DNA of 54,326 nucleotides, taken from Candidatus Limnocylindrales bacterium (GTDB lineage Bacteria; Chloroflexota; Limnocylindria; Limnocylindrales; CSP1-4). The stretch spans positions 1-54,326 of the forward strand of contig JBKJOK010000184.1 in the NCBI GenBank assembly GCA_046595595.1, given 5' to 3'. Of the stretch, positions 18,390-28,139 are shown in pieces; positions within the stretch are counted from its first letter, which is position 1, and each line of letters begins with the position of its first letter. Made by a program: the position numbers and the translations under genes. Under the pieces are notes generated by a model, which worked only from the letters and a program-made list of their open reading frames with translations, was not told the origin of the DNA and did no database searches.

Positions 18390-21300
18390 TCAGTCGCCCT
18401 CATCCATGACCCGCAACGCGAACCCGAACTCGGCGCCACCCTCGGGCCGGTTCGCCGCCCAGATCCGGCCACCCATCGCCCGGATGAGCCGGGCGCAGAC
18501 GAACAGCCCGATCCCCGCACCGGCAGCCGCCCGGGCCGTGCCGGCCGAGCGAAAGAACAGCTCGAACAACCGATCTGCCTCGTTGTCGGGAAAGCCCGGT
18601 CCGTCGTCGGCGATCCGGACCTGGACCTCGCTGCCCGCGGCCACCACGGCCGCCCGCACCGTCGAGCCCGGGCCGCTGTACTTGGCCGCGTTGGACAACA
18701 GGTTCCGGATCACCTGTTCCACGTACGTCGGGTCGGCGGTCACCGTCGGCAGGCCCGGCTCGACCGCGAGTTCGAAGGCGACGCCTGGCCAGCGCGGCCG
18801 CTCGGAGTCCACGACCACGGGCAGGAGCCGCTGGAGGAGGACTGGCTCGGCGCCGACGTCCCCGCCCTCGTCGCCGAAGCGCTGCATCGCGACGACATCC
18901 TCGACGAGGCGATGGAGCCGTTCGGACTCGACCACGATGTCGTCGAAGATCTCGCGCCGGGTCGTCTCGGCCAGCTCGCCGGGCCGGGCCAGGACCTTGG
19001 CTCCGGCATAGATCGTGGTGACCGGCGTACGCAGCTCGTGCGACAGGACGCCGATGAACGTGTCCCGGACCGCCTGGCGCTGGCGCTGGTCGGTGACGTC
19101 CCGGAGGAGGACGATCGTCCCGTCGTGGCCGTCCTCGGCCTGCGTCTCGTCCGAGCCCACGGGCCACGTGCTCAGCTCGATCCAGCGCTCCTCGCCGCCC
19201 CGGACGCGGAGCTCGACCGGGCCGCCCCGCCGACCGAGCTTCGGCGCCTCGTCCTCGGGGTCGTCGATCTCCGCCAGGATGTCCCGATACGTCTGCTCCT
19301 CGACGTGCGGAAAGACGTCCTCGGCCGCCGGGTTGGCCAGCAGGATGCGTCCCTCCCGGTCGCACACGACGACCCCGTCGCCCATCGCGGTGATCACCCC
19401 GTTCAGCTCGGCCGCCCGGGCGTGCTCGGCCACGGCCAGCGCGCGGAGGCTCTCCTGGGCCTCGATCCGGTCGCGGATGTCGCGGGCGATCGCGAGGATC
19501 CGGGCCGGGGCGCCGTCGAGGGCGACCGCCTCGAAGCGGACTTCGACCGGGAGGAGCACGCCGTCGGGCCGGTGGAGGGCGAACGTCTCGGTCCGACCGC
19601 CCGCGCCGCTGTCCTGGATCGACGCGATCGTGGCATCGAGCGCCGCTCCGGTCGGTCCATCGACGTGGTCGCCGATCCGGGATCCGGTCAGCTCCTCGAG
19701 CGGCAATCCAAACTGGTCGGCCGCGCCGCGGTTGGCGTAGACGATCCGGCCGTCTCCTGGGTCGAGCATCAGCACCGCATCGCCGGTGGCGTCGAGCAGC
19801 CGCTTGAACCGGACCCCCTCGCGGAACAGGCGGGCATTCTCGATCGCGGCCGCCGCCCGGTCGGCGAGGTTCTCGGCGAACGCGACGTCCTCGGCCGCGA
19901 AGCGGTGGCCGCCTTCGGTGCCGACGAGGCTCAGGACGCCGCTGATCCGGCCGGCCGCCGTCAATGGGACGGCGAGATAGGACCGCAGTTCGAGGGTCCG
20001 GAGCAAGTCCCGGTGGACATCGTTCCTGGCCGCGGCGTCGATGATCTCGGGCGGGATGTCCGGCATCAGCTCGGACTTGCCCGTTCGCAGGATCGCGGCG
20101 GTGCCCGTGTCGGCGTCGGGATCGGCCGGGTACTCGTTCTGGAGCCGGATGGCGAGCTCGACCATCGCCGGATCGCGATGGGCGACCGCGATCCGCTCGG
20201 GCAGTCCCTCCTCACCCGCGACGTGGACGACGCACCAGTCTGCGAAGTGAGGGACCGCGAGGTCGGCGACGGCCTGGACCGTCTTCTCGTACTCCAGTGA
20301 CGAGGCCAGGACCTCGGAGGCGCGGGCAAGGAAGGTCTCGCGTTCCTGGGCCCGGATCCGCTTCGTGACGTCGGCATAGGTCAGGACGGCCGCCTCGATC
20401 GCGCCCGACGGACCGGGGATCGGCGCGGCGCTCATCGCGAAGGTGAGGCGGGCACCGTTGTCGTAGGAGATCTCGATGCTCTCGTTCTCGACGGTCTCAC
20501 CGCGCATCGCCCGGCGCATCGGCCAGTCGTCGGCGCCGAGCCGCGAGCCGTCGGCGGCAAACGCGTCGGCCAGCTCATAGGCCGGCGATTGGCCGATCTC
20601 GATCGGCAACGGCGACTGGCGGCGCGCGGCCTCGTTCGCGTACAGGATCCGGCCGTCGGGCGCGGATGCGAGGATGACCCCGATCGGCATCTGGCGAAGC
20701 ACCGATTCGAGGCGCGCCCGTTCGGCCTCGTTGGCCAGGAGGAGGTGCTGACGGAGCGCCCCGAGACGCAGCCGGACAATCGCTCCGGCGCCGAGGTCGG
20801 CATACGCCCGGACGAGGCGCTTGTCCTCCGCCGTGATCGTCCGCCTGGCTCCGAACACCAGGCTGAGGCCGCCGATGGGTGCCTGACCGGCGACGAGCGG
20901 GACCGCCCACTCGGTCCCGGCGTGATCCGTCGAGGACACGTCAGGCGCGGCCGCGTCCGGTGCGGCCGGCCACACTGGCCGGTTCTCGCGAACCGCGATG
21001 GCGATCGGCAGATCCAACGCGAGGGGCACGGTCCGGCGCGAGATCGTCCCCGGGATGGGGCCCGCCTGCTCGACCACGTCGAGCCCGGACGCCGCCTCGT
21101 CGAGCAGCCCGATTGCCGCCCCGTCCGCGCCGAACGCCCGGCAGGCCTCGTCGATCACGATCCCGACCACATCCTCGACCGTCCCGACCTCGGCCAGGAT
21201 CCGGGTCACCGCCAGGAGGCGCTCCATCCGGACCGCCAGCCGCTCGGCCGCCTCGCGGGCCCCCAGCTCGGCCTCGTACGAGACCGTGTTGGCGATCGCG

Positions 21301-22376
21301 ATCCCGATCCGGGTGGCCATCTCGGCGCTCGCCGCGGTCGCGACATCGTCGTGGCGGCGTTCGCCCACCGTCGCGAAGACGATCGCCCCGATGACCTCGC
21401 CCCGGGCCAGCAAGGGCTCGGCAATGACCGACCGGATCCCCGTCGCCCGGAGAATTCGCCGCAGGTCGAGGTCGGGGGTCGCCTCGGCGGCCCAGAACGC
21501 CTCGACGTCGGGGACCACGACCGAGCTCCGGGCACTCACGGCCCGCCGGCTGACGCGGTCCGGGCTCTGCGTGGACGGATGGTCGCGGAGTGGCTCGACC
21601 AGGGCCTGCAACTCCGGGTCGCGCGCGGCCAGGCCGACGCGCCGGAGCGTCCCATCGGCCTGGAGCAGGTCGACCACGCACCAGTCGGCGACGATCGGGA
21701 TCGAGGCCTCGGCGGCCAGCTGGACAACGGTGGCCACTTCGCGCGCCTCGTCGAGGCGGAGGGACGTGTCAGCGAGGTGGCGGGCGATCTGTTCGTCCCG
21801 GCGGCGCGCCTCGGCCAGCTCCCGAGTGCGCAATTCGCTGGCCCGGATCCGACGCTCGGTCTCGATCCGCGGCGTGACGTCGTGGAACGTGTTGATCGCG
21901 ACGTGCCGGCCGTCCGCAAGCGTGGTGGCGCGAGCCCGGACGATCGACCAGCGTTCGGCCCCGTCGGCGAGCAGCCGAAAACCGATCAGCACCGCCTCGG
22001 CCGTCTGGCCGGCCAGGACTCGCCGGCCGGGTAGCCGATCGAACGGAAACGGCTCGCCGCGCTCGTCCACCATCTGGAACCGGTTGAGCATCTCGATCGG
22101 CGCCGCGGCGAGCATCTCCAGGGGGGAGTGGTAGCCGCTCAGGATCGCTGCGTCCTTGTTCACGAAGAGAAGGTGACCGCGGTCATCCTGGACCGTCACC
22201 CCGGCGGCGATCCCCTCGAGGATCGCGCGCAGGTCGATCGGCAGGTGGAGCCCGCCGGCCGCGTCCGAGGCGTCCCCGGGGGCGCGCGTCGGATCGGGAC
22301 GCGTCGTCGCGCCGCCGACGCTCGATCCGATGCCATCCTGCGTCACGAGCACCCTCGAAATCGACGCGCTGCCCAC
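18390..22376 (-). CDS. large cytoplasmic multi-sensor histidine kinase (about 4 PAS and 3 GAF modules, HisKA, HATPase)
   Basis: PAS-like starts are ILEGIAAGVTVQDDRGHLLFVN, VLRQMPIGVILASAPDGRILYAN, LLDATGDAVLMLDPGDGRIVYAN and VITAMGDGVVVCDREGRILLAN. GAF cores include ADWCVVDLL and ADWCVVHVA. H-box SHELRTPVTTIYAG. N-box RNLLSNAAKY, G1 DDGPGF, G2 GAGIGLFVC. No TM segment. Confidence 0.9.
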   Translation of the reverse strand: MGSASISRVLVTQDGIGSSVGGATTRPDPTRAPGDASDAAGGLHLPIDLRAILEGIAAGVTVQDDRGHLLFVNKDAAILSGYHSPLEMLAAAPIEMLNRFQMVDERGEPFPFDRLPGRRVLAGQTAEAVLIGFRLLADGAERWSIVRARATTLADGRHVAINTFHDVTPRIETERRIRASELRTRELAEARRRDEQIARHLADTSLRLDEAREVATVVQLAAEASIPIVADWCVVDLLQADGTLRRVGLAARDPELQALVEPLRDHPSTQSPDRVSRRAVSARSSVVVPDVEAFWAAEATPDLDLRRILRATGIRSVIAEPLLARGEVIGAIVFATVGERRHDDVATAASAEMATRIGIAIANTVSYEAELGAREAAERLAVRMERLLAVTRILAEVGTVEDVVGIVIDEACRAFGADGAAIGLLDEAASGLDVVEQAGPIPGTISRRTVPLALDLPIAIAVRENRPVWPAAPDAAAPDVSSTDHAGTEWAVPLVAGQAPIGGLSLVFGARRTITAEDKRLVRAYADLGAGAIVRLRLGALRQHLLLANEAERARLESVLRQMPIGVILASAPDGRILYANEAARRQSPLPIEIGQSPAYELADAFAADGSRLGADDWPMRRAMRGETVENESIEISYDNGARLTFAMSAAPIPGPSGAIEAAVLTYADVTKRIRAQERETFLARASEVLASSLEYEKTVQAVADLAVPHFADWCVVHVAGEEGLPERIAVAHRDPAMVELAIRLQNEYPADPDADTGTAAILRTGKSELMPDIPPEIIDAAARNDVHRDLLRTLELRSYLAVPLTAAGRISGVLSLVGTEGGHRFAAEDVAFAENLADRAAAAIENARLFREGVRFKRLLDATGDAVLMLDPGDGRIVYANRGAADQFGLPLEELTGSRIGDHVDGPTGAALDATIASIQDSGAGGRTETFALHRPDGVLLPVEVRFEAVALDGAPARILAIARDIRDRIEAQESLRALAVAEHARAAELNGVITAMGDGVVVCDREGRILLANPAAEDVFPHVEEQTYRDILAEIDDPEDEAPKLGRRGGPVELRVRGGEERWIELSTWPVGSDETQAEDGHDGTIVLLRDVTDQRQRQAVRDTFIGVLSHELRTPVTTIYAGAKVLARPGELAETTRREIFDDIVVESERLHRLVEDVVAMQRFGDEGGDVGAEPVLLQRLLPVVVDSERPRWPGVAFELAVEPGLPTVTADPTYVEQVIRNLLSNAAKYSGPGSTVRAAVVAAGSEVQVRIADDGPGFPDNEADRLFELFFRSAGTARAAAGAGIGLFVCARLIRAMGGRIWAANRPEGGAEFGFALRVMDEGD

Positions 22377-22529
22377 ACCCGCGACGTCCCGCTGCAGTAG
22401 CGCAGGCCGGGGGTCGCAGGGCGATCGATCGCAGGCGGTTTCAGGTTGCAGCGGTGTTGCAATCGGCTCGATGTTGCGCTCGGTCCGGTCGTCTTCGGGC
22501 GGGCCCGTGAGTCGTCGCGTTGCCGACCG

Positions 22530-23690
22530 TCAGCGCGTCGGCTTCGGCTCGGCCCGCCTCGGCTCGCCGTCGGCCGGACGCTGGTCAGGCTCGCCGGCGG
22601 CGTTGGTCTCGTCGTCGGTCGTCTCGCCGCTCGTCGGGTCCTGGGCGACCGGGACCTCGCGGGCCTGAAGTCCCTCGATCAGGACCTCGCCGGCGGCCGC
22701 GATCGGAACCGCCAGCAACGCCCCGACGAAGCCGCCGGCCGCGCCGCCGATCAGGACGCTGAGGATCACGAGGAACGGCGAGATCCCGATCGTGTTGCGC
22801 ATCACGATCGGCACCAGGACATTGCCCTCGACGAACTGGAGAACGAGGTAGATCGCGGCGACCGCGATGGCCAGCTCCGGTGACACGGTCGCGGCGACGA
22901 GCACCGCCGGAATTGCACCGAGCAACGGCCCCACGATCGGAATCGCCTCGGCCACGGCGGCGATCAGGCCGAGCAGGAGGGCCGCCGGAACGCCGAGCAG
23001 GGTGTAGGCGATCGAGGTCGCGACGCCGATCGAGGCCATCAGGATCAGCTGGCCGCGGACCCACATCCCGAGCCGCGTCTCGGCGGCGTTCCAGACGTCA
23101 CGGGCGCGCTTGCGACGATCCGTCGGGACGAACGCGAGCACGTAGCGCTGGAGTCGGGCGTGCTCGGTGAGCCAGAAGTAGACGACCGTCAGGAGGGTCA
23201 CGACCGAGGTCAGCGTCTCGGCGACCGTCAGCCCGATCTGAACGACCTGGCCCGGGGCGGGAGTCGCGTCAGCCGGGCGGATCGTGCGCGCCGCGGCCTC
23301 GATCAGCGAGGTCACGCCGCGGCCCAGGCCCGCCGGACGGATCGTCGCCGCCCACTCCTTGGCCCGCTCCAGGAACGGCGGCAGCGACGCGATCGTCCGC
23401 TCCAGCTGGGCGAGCGCCGCCGGCAGGACGAACAGGGCCATCGCGATCACGACTGCGAGGAACAGACCGTAGACGAGCAGGATCGTCGGGCCGCGCCCGA
23501 GCGGGAGGTGGCCCCGGATCCAGGCGACGAACGGCTGAAGACCCGACGCGAGGATGATCGCGATGAGGACGAGGATCAGGACGTTGGCAGCGGCCAGGGC
23601 GAGGATGCCGAGGAGGGCCACCAGGCCCACTCCGATCGCCAGGCCCGCTCCGCGGACGACGGATCGGCCGAAGCCGTCATCGAGGATCAC
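22530..23690 (-). CDS. AI-2E family transporter (PerM/YhhT-like, UPF0118) with an acidic C-terminal tail
   Basis: About 8 TM segments. Conserved AEAIPIVGPLLGAIPAVLVA ... LQFVEGNVLVPIVM. GTG 23690 overlaps the PBP stop (GTGA). The rest of ORF 22530..25220 is an off-frame artefact. Confidence 0.85.
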   Translation of the reverse strand: MILDDGFGRSVVRGAGLAIGVGLVALLGILALAAANVLILVLIAIILASGLQPFVAWIRGHLPLGRGPTILLVYGLFLAVVIAMALFVLPAALAQLERTIASLPPFLERAKEWAATIRPAGLGRGVTSLIEAAARTIRPADATPAPGQVVQIGLTVAETLTSVVTLLTVVYFWLTEHARLQRYVLAFVPTDRRKRARDVWNAAETRLGMWVRGQLILMASIGVATSIAYTLLGVPAALLLGLIAAVAEAIPIVGPLLGAIPAVLVAATVSPELAIAVAAIYLVLQFVEGNVLVPIVMRNTIGISPFLVILSVLIGGAAGGFVGALLAVPIAAAGEVLIEGLQAREVPVAQDPTSGETTDDETNAAGEPDQRPADGEPRRAEPKPTR

Positions 23691-26380
23691 GGGGCTGGGG
23701 GAAGGGTCGGCCCGGGCTTGGCGCCACCACCACCGCCGCCACCGCCCGGATCGCCGGGGTCCTTGGGCGGCTTGATCGGCTCCTCGGGCTTCGGCTTCGG
23801 CGCGCAGGTCCCGAGCAGCGGACCACCCCAGCCCGACTTCTCCCAGAAGTACGCCGTTCGCGACTCGTACGGTCCCACGACCCCGACCCCGCGCCGCGCC
23901 CGACCCAGCCAGTTCGCCACGTCGTCGTCCCAGGCCCGCGGCCCGAGCTCGGCCTTGACCGGGTCCACGCGCCAGCCGCCACACGAGCGGGTGTAGAGCA
24001 GGCCCGGCGGGTCGATCGCCCGCGCTGCACCGGGCTGGGTCCCCGAGATGAACCACTCGCTCACGGTGTCGCGCGTCCAGGGGCCGGGCTTGCCGCCGGT
24101 CCAGGCATCGATCGTCGCCCGGACGACGCCCTTGGGCCGGGCGAAGTCGGCGATCGGCTGCTTGGCGGTGAGGTCCCGGACGAAGGCCCGCCAGAGCGGC
24201 GCCGCCGCGGTCAGCGACGTCGCGGGCTTGGCCGACTTCGGGTTCGAGTGGTCGCTGTTGCCCATCCAGATCCCGACGGCGTAGGCCGGCGCGTCGGCGT
24301 CGCTGGGCGGTGCGAGGTAGCCGTACGTCGCGAGGTCGCGGGCGTCGTTCGCGGTGCCCGTCTTGACGGCGGCCGGCCGATGCTGACCCTTCGGTCCGTT
24401 GCGCAGCTCGAGGGCCGCCGACCAGATCGGGTTCTGATTCGGCTGGGTGTTGCCGGACAGGATGTCCGTGACGAGGTACGCCGCCTGGGCGCTGACCGCC
24501 CGTGCTCCGGCCGGCTTCGGCGCGCTGTAGATCGTCGAGCCGGTCGCATCGCGGACCTCGAGGATCATCCGCGGCGGGACCCGGACGCCGCCGTTGGCAA
24601 TCGCCCCGTACGCCGAGGTCAGATCGATCGGCCGGACCTCGACGGTCCCGATCGCCCCGGCCAGGCCGGACTGCAGGAAACCCTTGGTCCCCCCGGTGAA
24701 GCGGATCCCGAACTTCGCGGCGCGGGCCGCGACGGCCTCGTTGCCGACCCGCCCGAGGGCCCGGATCGCCGGCACGTTGAGCGAGTACTGGAGGGCCTTC
24801 CGGACGAGGACCGGGCCGCGATCGAGCTGGTCCGCGTCGCGCGGCGTCCAGCCCTTCCCGAACTCGGTCGTGATGTCGAGCAGGAGGCTGCCCGGCGAGA
24901 GCTTCTTCGCGTCGAACGCGCTGGCGTAGACGATCGGCTTGAACGCCGAGCCCGGCTGTCGGGCGCCGTCGCCGGCCGCGTCGTACTTGGGCTCGAACTT
25001 GCGGCTCGCGAGCTTGTCCTGGTAGTAGCCCGCGCTGCCGGCGTAGGCCAGGACGTCGCCCGTCCGGTAGTCGATCGTGACGAGCGCGGCGTTGTGCAGG
25101 TCCTTGCCGCGCAGGGCGTTGATCCAGCGACGATCGGCCGCGCCGATCTTCAGGCTCTTGAGCAGCGACGCCGAGCCCTTCGTCTTGAGGTTCGGGGCGA
25201 TCGCCGAGGCGGCCAGCCACTTCTCGGCCAGGGCCTCCGCCTTCCAGTCGAGGGTCGTGATGACGGTGTAGCCGCCCGTCTCGATCGTGACGTCCGGGCC
25301 GAGGATCGCCTGGAGCTGGCGGCGGACCTGCCAGGTGAAGTGCGGCGCGCGGAAGGACAGGGGCACGTCGCCGGCGAGGACGACCGGCTCGTCCAGGGCG
25401 GCCTTGAGTTCGGCCTTCGTGAGGGTCGTCCAGCGCGAGGTCGAGATGTGGTTGAGGATGTAGTCGCGGCGCACGACCGGCGGGGCGTTGGCAGCGACCA
25501 CGAGCCTGCCCTCGGCATCGGCCGTGGCGTAGCGGTACGGATCGAAGGTCGAGGGCGACTTCGGGAGGCCCGCCAGGAGCGCCGCCTGGGCGGCCGTCAT
25601 CTTGGAGAGGTCTGTCACCCCGAAGTAGATCCGGGCCGCCGCGGCGACTCCGTAGGCGTCGTGACCGTAGAAGATCTCGTTCAGGTAGGCGGTGATGATC
25701 CGCTCCTTGCCCTCCTCGCCGGGAAAGGCCGTCGTGAGACGCGACGACTGGATCAGCTCCTTCGCCTTGCGCAGGTAGCGGTCGGATCCGGGTGCGACGA
25801 CGTCCTCGGGCAGGAGGCGGGCCCGGACCAGCTGCTGGGTGATCGTCGACGCGCCGCGCTCACTCGTTCCGGCCACCTGGTCGCCGACGGCGGAGATGAT
25901 CGCGGCCGGATCGAAGCCGCTGTTCTCCCAGAACGAGCGGTCCTCGGCGGTCGTCGTCGCGTCGAGGACGAGCCTGGGCACCTCGTCGTACGCGACCACC
26001 CGGCGTTGTTCGCGCTGGAACCGGCCGAGCTGGACCTTGCCAGTCCGGTCGTAGACGGTCGTCGGCTGGGAGAAGGTCAGGGCCGAGAGGTTCGTGGGAT
26101 CGGGCAGGCCCTGCGACAGGGCGGTGACCAGCGCGACCGTCCCGACGGTGGCGACGCCGACGAGGGCGATCGACCCGACCAGGAATACCGCGAGCACGCT
26201 GACAAGGATCCGGGTCAGCCAACCCGACGGGCCGCTGCGCCTGGGCCGGTCGCGACCGGTCGCCGCGCGGCGGTGGGCGACGCCATAGCCGGAGCGCCGG
26301 CTCAGCACGAGGTGGGCCGCGCTCCGGCCGCCCGCCCGCGGCGCGGGCACACGAACCTGGCTGGGGGTCTGATCGTCCAC
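23687..26380 (-). CDS. class A penicillin-binding protein (glycosyltransferase plus transpeptidase) with a C-terminal extension and poly-Gly tail
   Basis: GT51 motifs EDRSFWENSGFD and RGASTITQQLVR. Transpeptidase motifs QPGSAFKP, SLN and KTGT. N-terminal TM ILVSVLAVFLVGSIALVGV. Confidence 0.9.
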   Translation of the reverse strand: MDDQTPSQVRVPAPRAGGRSAAHLVLSRRSGYGVAHRRAATGRDRPRRSGPSGWLTRILVSVLAVFLVGSIALVGVATVGTVALVTALSQGLPDPTNLSALTFSQPTTVYDRTGKVQLGRFQREQRRVVAYDEVPRLVLDATTTAEDRSFWENSGFDPAAIISAVGDQVAGTSERGASTITQQLVRARLLPEDVVAPGSDRYLRKAKELIQSSRLTTAFPGEEGKERIITAYLNEIFYGHDAYGVAAAARIYFGVTDLSKMTAAQAALLAGLPKSPSTFDPYRYATADAEGRLVVAANAPPVVRRDYILNHISTSRWTTLTKAELKAALDEPVVLAGDVPLSFRAPHFTWQVRRQLQAILGPDVTIETGGYTVITTLDWKAEALAEKWLAASAIAPNLKTKGSASLLKSLKIGAADRRWINALRGKDLHNAALVTIDYRTGDVLAYAGSAGYYQDKLASRKFEPKYDAAGDGARQPGSAFKPIVYASAFDAKKLSPGSLLLDITTEFGKGWTPRDADQLDRGPVLVRKALQYSLNVPAIRALGRVGNEAVAARAAKFGIRFTGGTKGFLQSGLAGAIGTVEVRPIDLTSAYGAIANGGVRVPPRMILEVRDATGSTIYSAPKPAGARAVSAQAAYLVTDILSGNTQPNQNPIWSAALELRNGPKGQHRPAAVKTGTANDARDLATYGYLAPPSDADAPAYAVGIWMGNSDHSNPKSAKPATSLTAAAPLWRAFVRDLTAKQPIADFARPKGVVRATIDAWTGGKPGPWTRDTVSEWFISGTQPGAARAIDPPGLLYTRSCGGWRVDPVKAELGPRAWDDDVANWLGRARRGVGVVGPYESRTAYFWEKSGWGGPLLGTCAPKPKPEEPIKPPKDPGDPGGGGGGGGAKPGPTLPPAP

Positions 26381-26494
26381 GCACCGATCCTCGTCGCCCG
26401 CTCGTCACGACCCGACCCGTCACCGTGACAACCACCTTTCAGATCCATGTCGACCGTCGTGTCAGGCTCACCTGCGACGGCAATGCAAGGGCAC

Positions 26495-26524
26495 TTGACC
26501 AATCGGGACAGGCGGCGCTAGATT
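26495..26524 (+). promoter_or_regulatory. possible sigma70-like promoter for the FTR1 gene (TTGACC-N18-TAGATT)
   Basis: Read by eye. It overlaps the inverted repeat GGGACAGG-N23-CCTGTCCC (26505-26543). Confidence 0.35.
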
Positions 26525-26579
26525 CGGCCCGACGACCTGTCCCGGCAGCGTCCGCAGCCGGCAGACCGACATCGGAGAT

Positions 26580-27452
26580 GTGTGCGTGGATCTGGGGTCT
26601 TATACCAGCGGCCTGTTGACCGGCCTGCGCGAGGGCGTCGAAGCCGCCCTGATCGTGAGCATCGTCCTCGCCTATCTCTCCCGGACGGGTCGCGGCGATC
26701 AGGCCGGGCGGGTCTGGCTCGGCGCCGGTCTGGCGGCCGGCCTGAGCCTCGTGATCGGGATCATCCTGTTCAACACGGTCGGCGCGTTCGAGGAGCCGTA
26801 CGAACAGATCTTCGAGGGCACGATGTTGCTCGTGGCAGCCGGCGTCGTGACCTGGATGCTGTTCTGGATGCGCCGTCAGGCGGCCTCCGTCAAGGGCGAG
26901 CTGCAGGCCGCCGTCGATCGCGCCGTCGCGTCCGGGGCGAGCTGGGGCCTGGCCCTGCTGGCGTTCACCGCGGTCATCCGGGAGGGCCTCGAGACGTCGC
27001 TCTTCCTCGTCGGCCAGGCGACCTCGGCCCGGACCGATGCGGTCTGGGTCCTCCTCGGAGCGTTGACCGGCCTGGTCGTCGCGGCCGCGATCGGCTACGG
27101 GATCTATCGCGGTAGCCGGCGCCTGAATCTGGGTTCGTTCTTTCGCTGGACCGGGATCGCCCTCGTGTTCATCGCGGCCGGTTTGCTGAGCTACGGGATC
27201 CACGAGTTCGCCGAGATCGGGGCGTTCGGCAGCGGGCCATGGACCGCGACCGCCTATGACCTCAACGGCATCCTGTCCCACTCCCAGGGCATCGGCGCAT
27301 TCCTCCGGGCGATCTTCGGCTACTCGGCGACGCCCGAGGTGATCACCCTCGTGGCCCACGTGACGTACGTCGTCGTCGTCCTGACCCTCTACCTTCGGCC
27401 GATCCGGCGGGTGACCCCGTCGGCGCCGAGTGCCGCCGCCGCGCGCTCGTGA
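26580..27452 (+). CDS. FTR1/EfeU-family high-affinity iron permease
   Basis: Two REGxE motifs (LREGVEAAL and IREGLETSL) within a 7-TM layout. GTG 26580, or GTG 26586 which has better SD spacing. Confidence 0.85.
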   Translation: MCVDLGSYTSGLLTGLREGVEAALIVSIVLAYLSRTGRGDQAGRVWLGAGLAAGLSLVIGIILFNTVGAFEEPYEQIFEGTMLLVAAGVVTWMLFWMRRQAASVKGELQAAVDRAVASGASWGLALLAFTAVIREGLETSLFLVGQATSARTDAVWVLLGALTGLVVAAAIGYGIYRGSRRLNLGSFFRWTGIALVFIAAGLLSYGIHEFAEIGAFGSGPWTATAYDLNGILSHSQGIGAFLRAIFGYSATPEVITLVAHVTYVVVVLTLYLRPIRRVTPSAPSAAAARS

Positions 27453-28099
27453 CCGCGGCCTCGACCGGCTCGCCCGGCACGATCAGCGTGCCGGGCCGGG
27501 GCGTCGTCGCGGTCGACCCCGACGTCGCGGTTCTCCGGCTCGGCGTCGTCATCGTCCGGCCGACCGCGGCCGCGGCCCGATCGACTGCCGCCACGACGAT
27601 GCAGGCCGTCCTCGGCGCCCTGGCCGACGGCGGCGTCGAGCGGCGCGACCTGCAGACCACGCTCGTCGGACTCGACGCCGTCCGCGACTACTCGTCGGAG
27701 TCGGGGCCGACCATCACGGGCTACCAGCTCACGAACGCCGTCGAGGCGACGATCCGCGCGATCGCCACGGTGGGCGAACTGATCGACGCGGCCCTCGCCG
27801 CCGGCGCGACGAGCATGGATGGGCTGTCGTTCCGCCTCTCCGACCCGAGCGCCGCCTTGGACGGGGCGCGCCGCCGGGCCGTCGCTGATGCCCGGCAGCG
27901 GGCCGCGACCCTCGCTGCCGAGGCCGGGGTCGATCTGGGCGAGGTCGTCGCGATCGTGGAGGGCGGGGCCGTCGAACCCGGACCGCCATGGCCGACGGCC
28001 GAGCTCCGGATGAAGGCGATGGCCGACACGAGCACCCCGGTCGAGGCCGGCACGAGCGAGATCGAGATTTCGGTCAGCGTGACGTTCGCCATCGCCTGA
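27449..28099 (+). CDS. SIMPL (DUF541) domain protein without an obvious signal peptide
   Basis: ...ITGYQLTNAVEATI...DGLSFRLSD...ALDGARRRAVADARQRAATLAAEAG...EIEISVSVTFAI follows the SIMPL pattern. The GTG start overlaps the FTR1 stop (GTGA). Confidence 0.8.
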   Translation: MTAASTGSPGTISVPGRGVVAVDPDVAVLRLGVVIVRPTAAAARSTAATTMQAVLGALADGGVERRDLQTTLVGLDAVRDYSSESGPTITGYQLTNAVEATIRAIATVGELIDAALAAGATSMDGLSFRLSDPSAALDGARRRAVADARQRAATLAAEAGVDLGEVVAIVEGGAVEPGPPWPTAELRMKAMADTSTPVEAGTSEIEISVSVTFAIA

Positions 28100-28139
28100 G
28101 CGAGATCGCGGTCGCCGCGGGATTCGCGACCCGTCGCGG

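Noticed and set aside
23723-23746. GCC/ACC codon run (CCACCACCACCGCCGCCACCGCC) as a possible simple-sequence contingency locus.
   Set aside because: It is in frame and encodes the poly-Gly tail of the PBP. It is short and imperfect, with no homopolymeric tract that would cause frameshifting.
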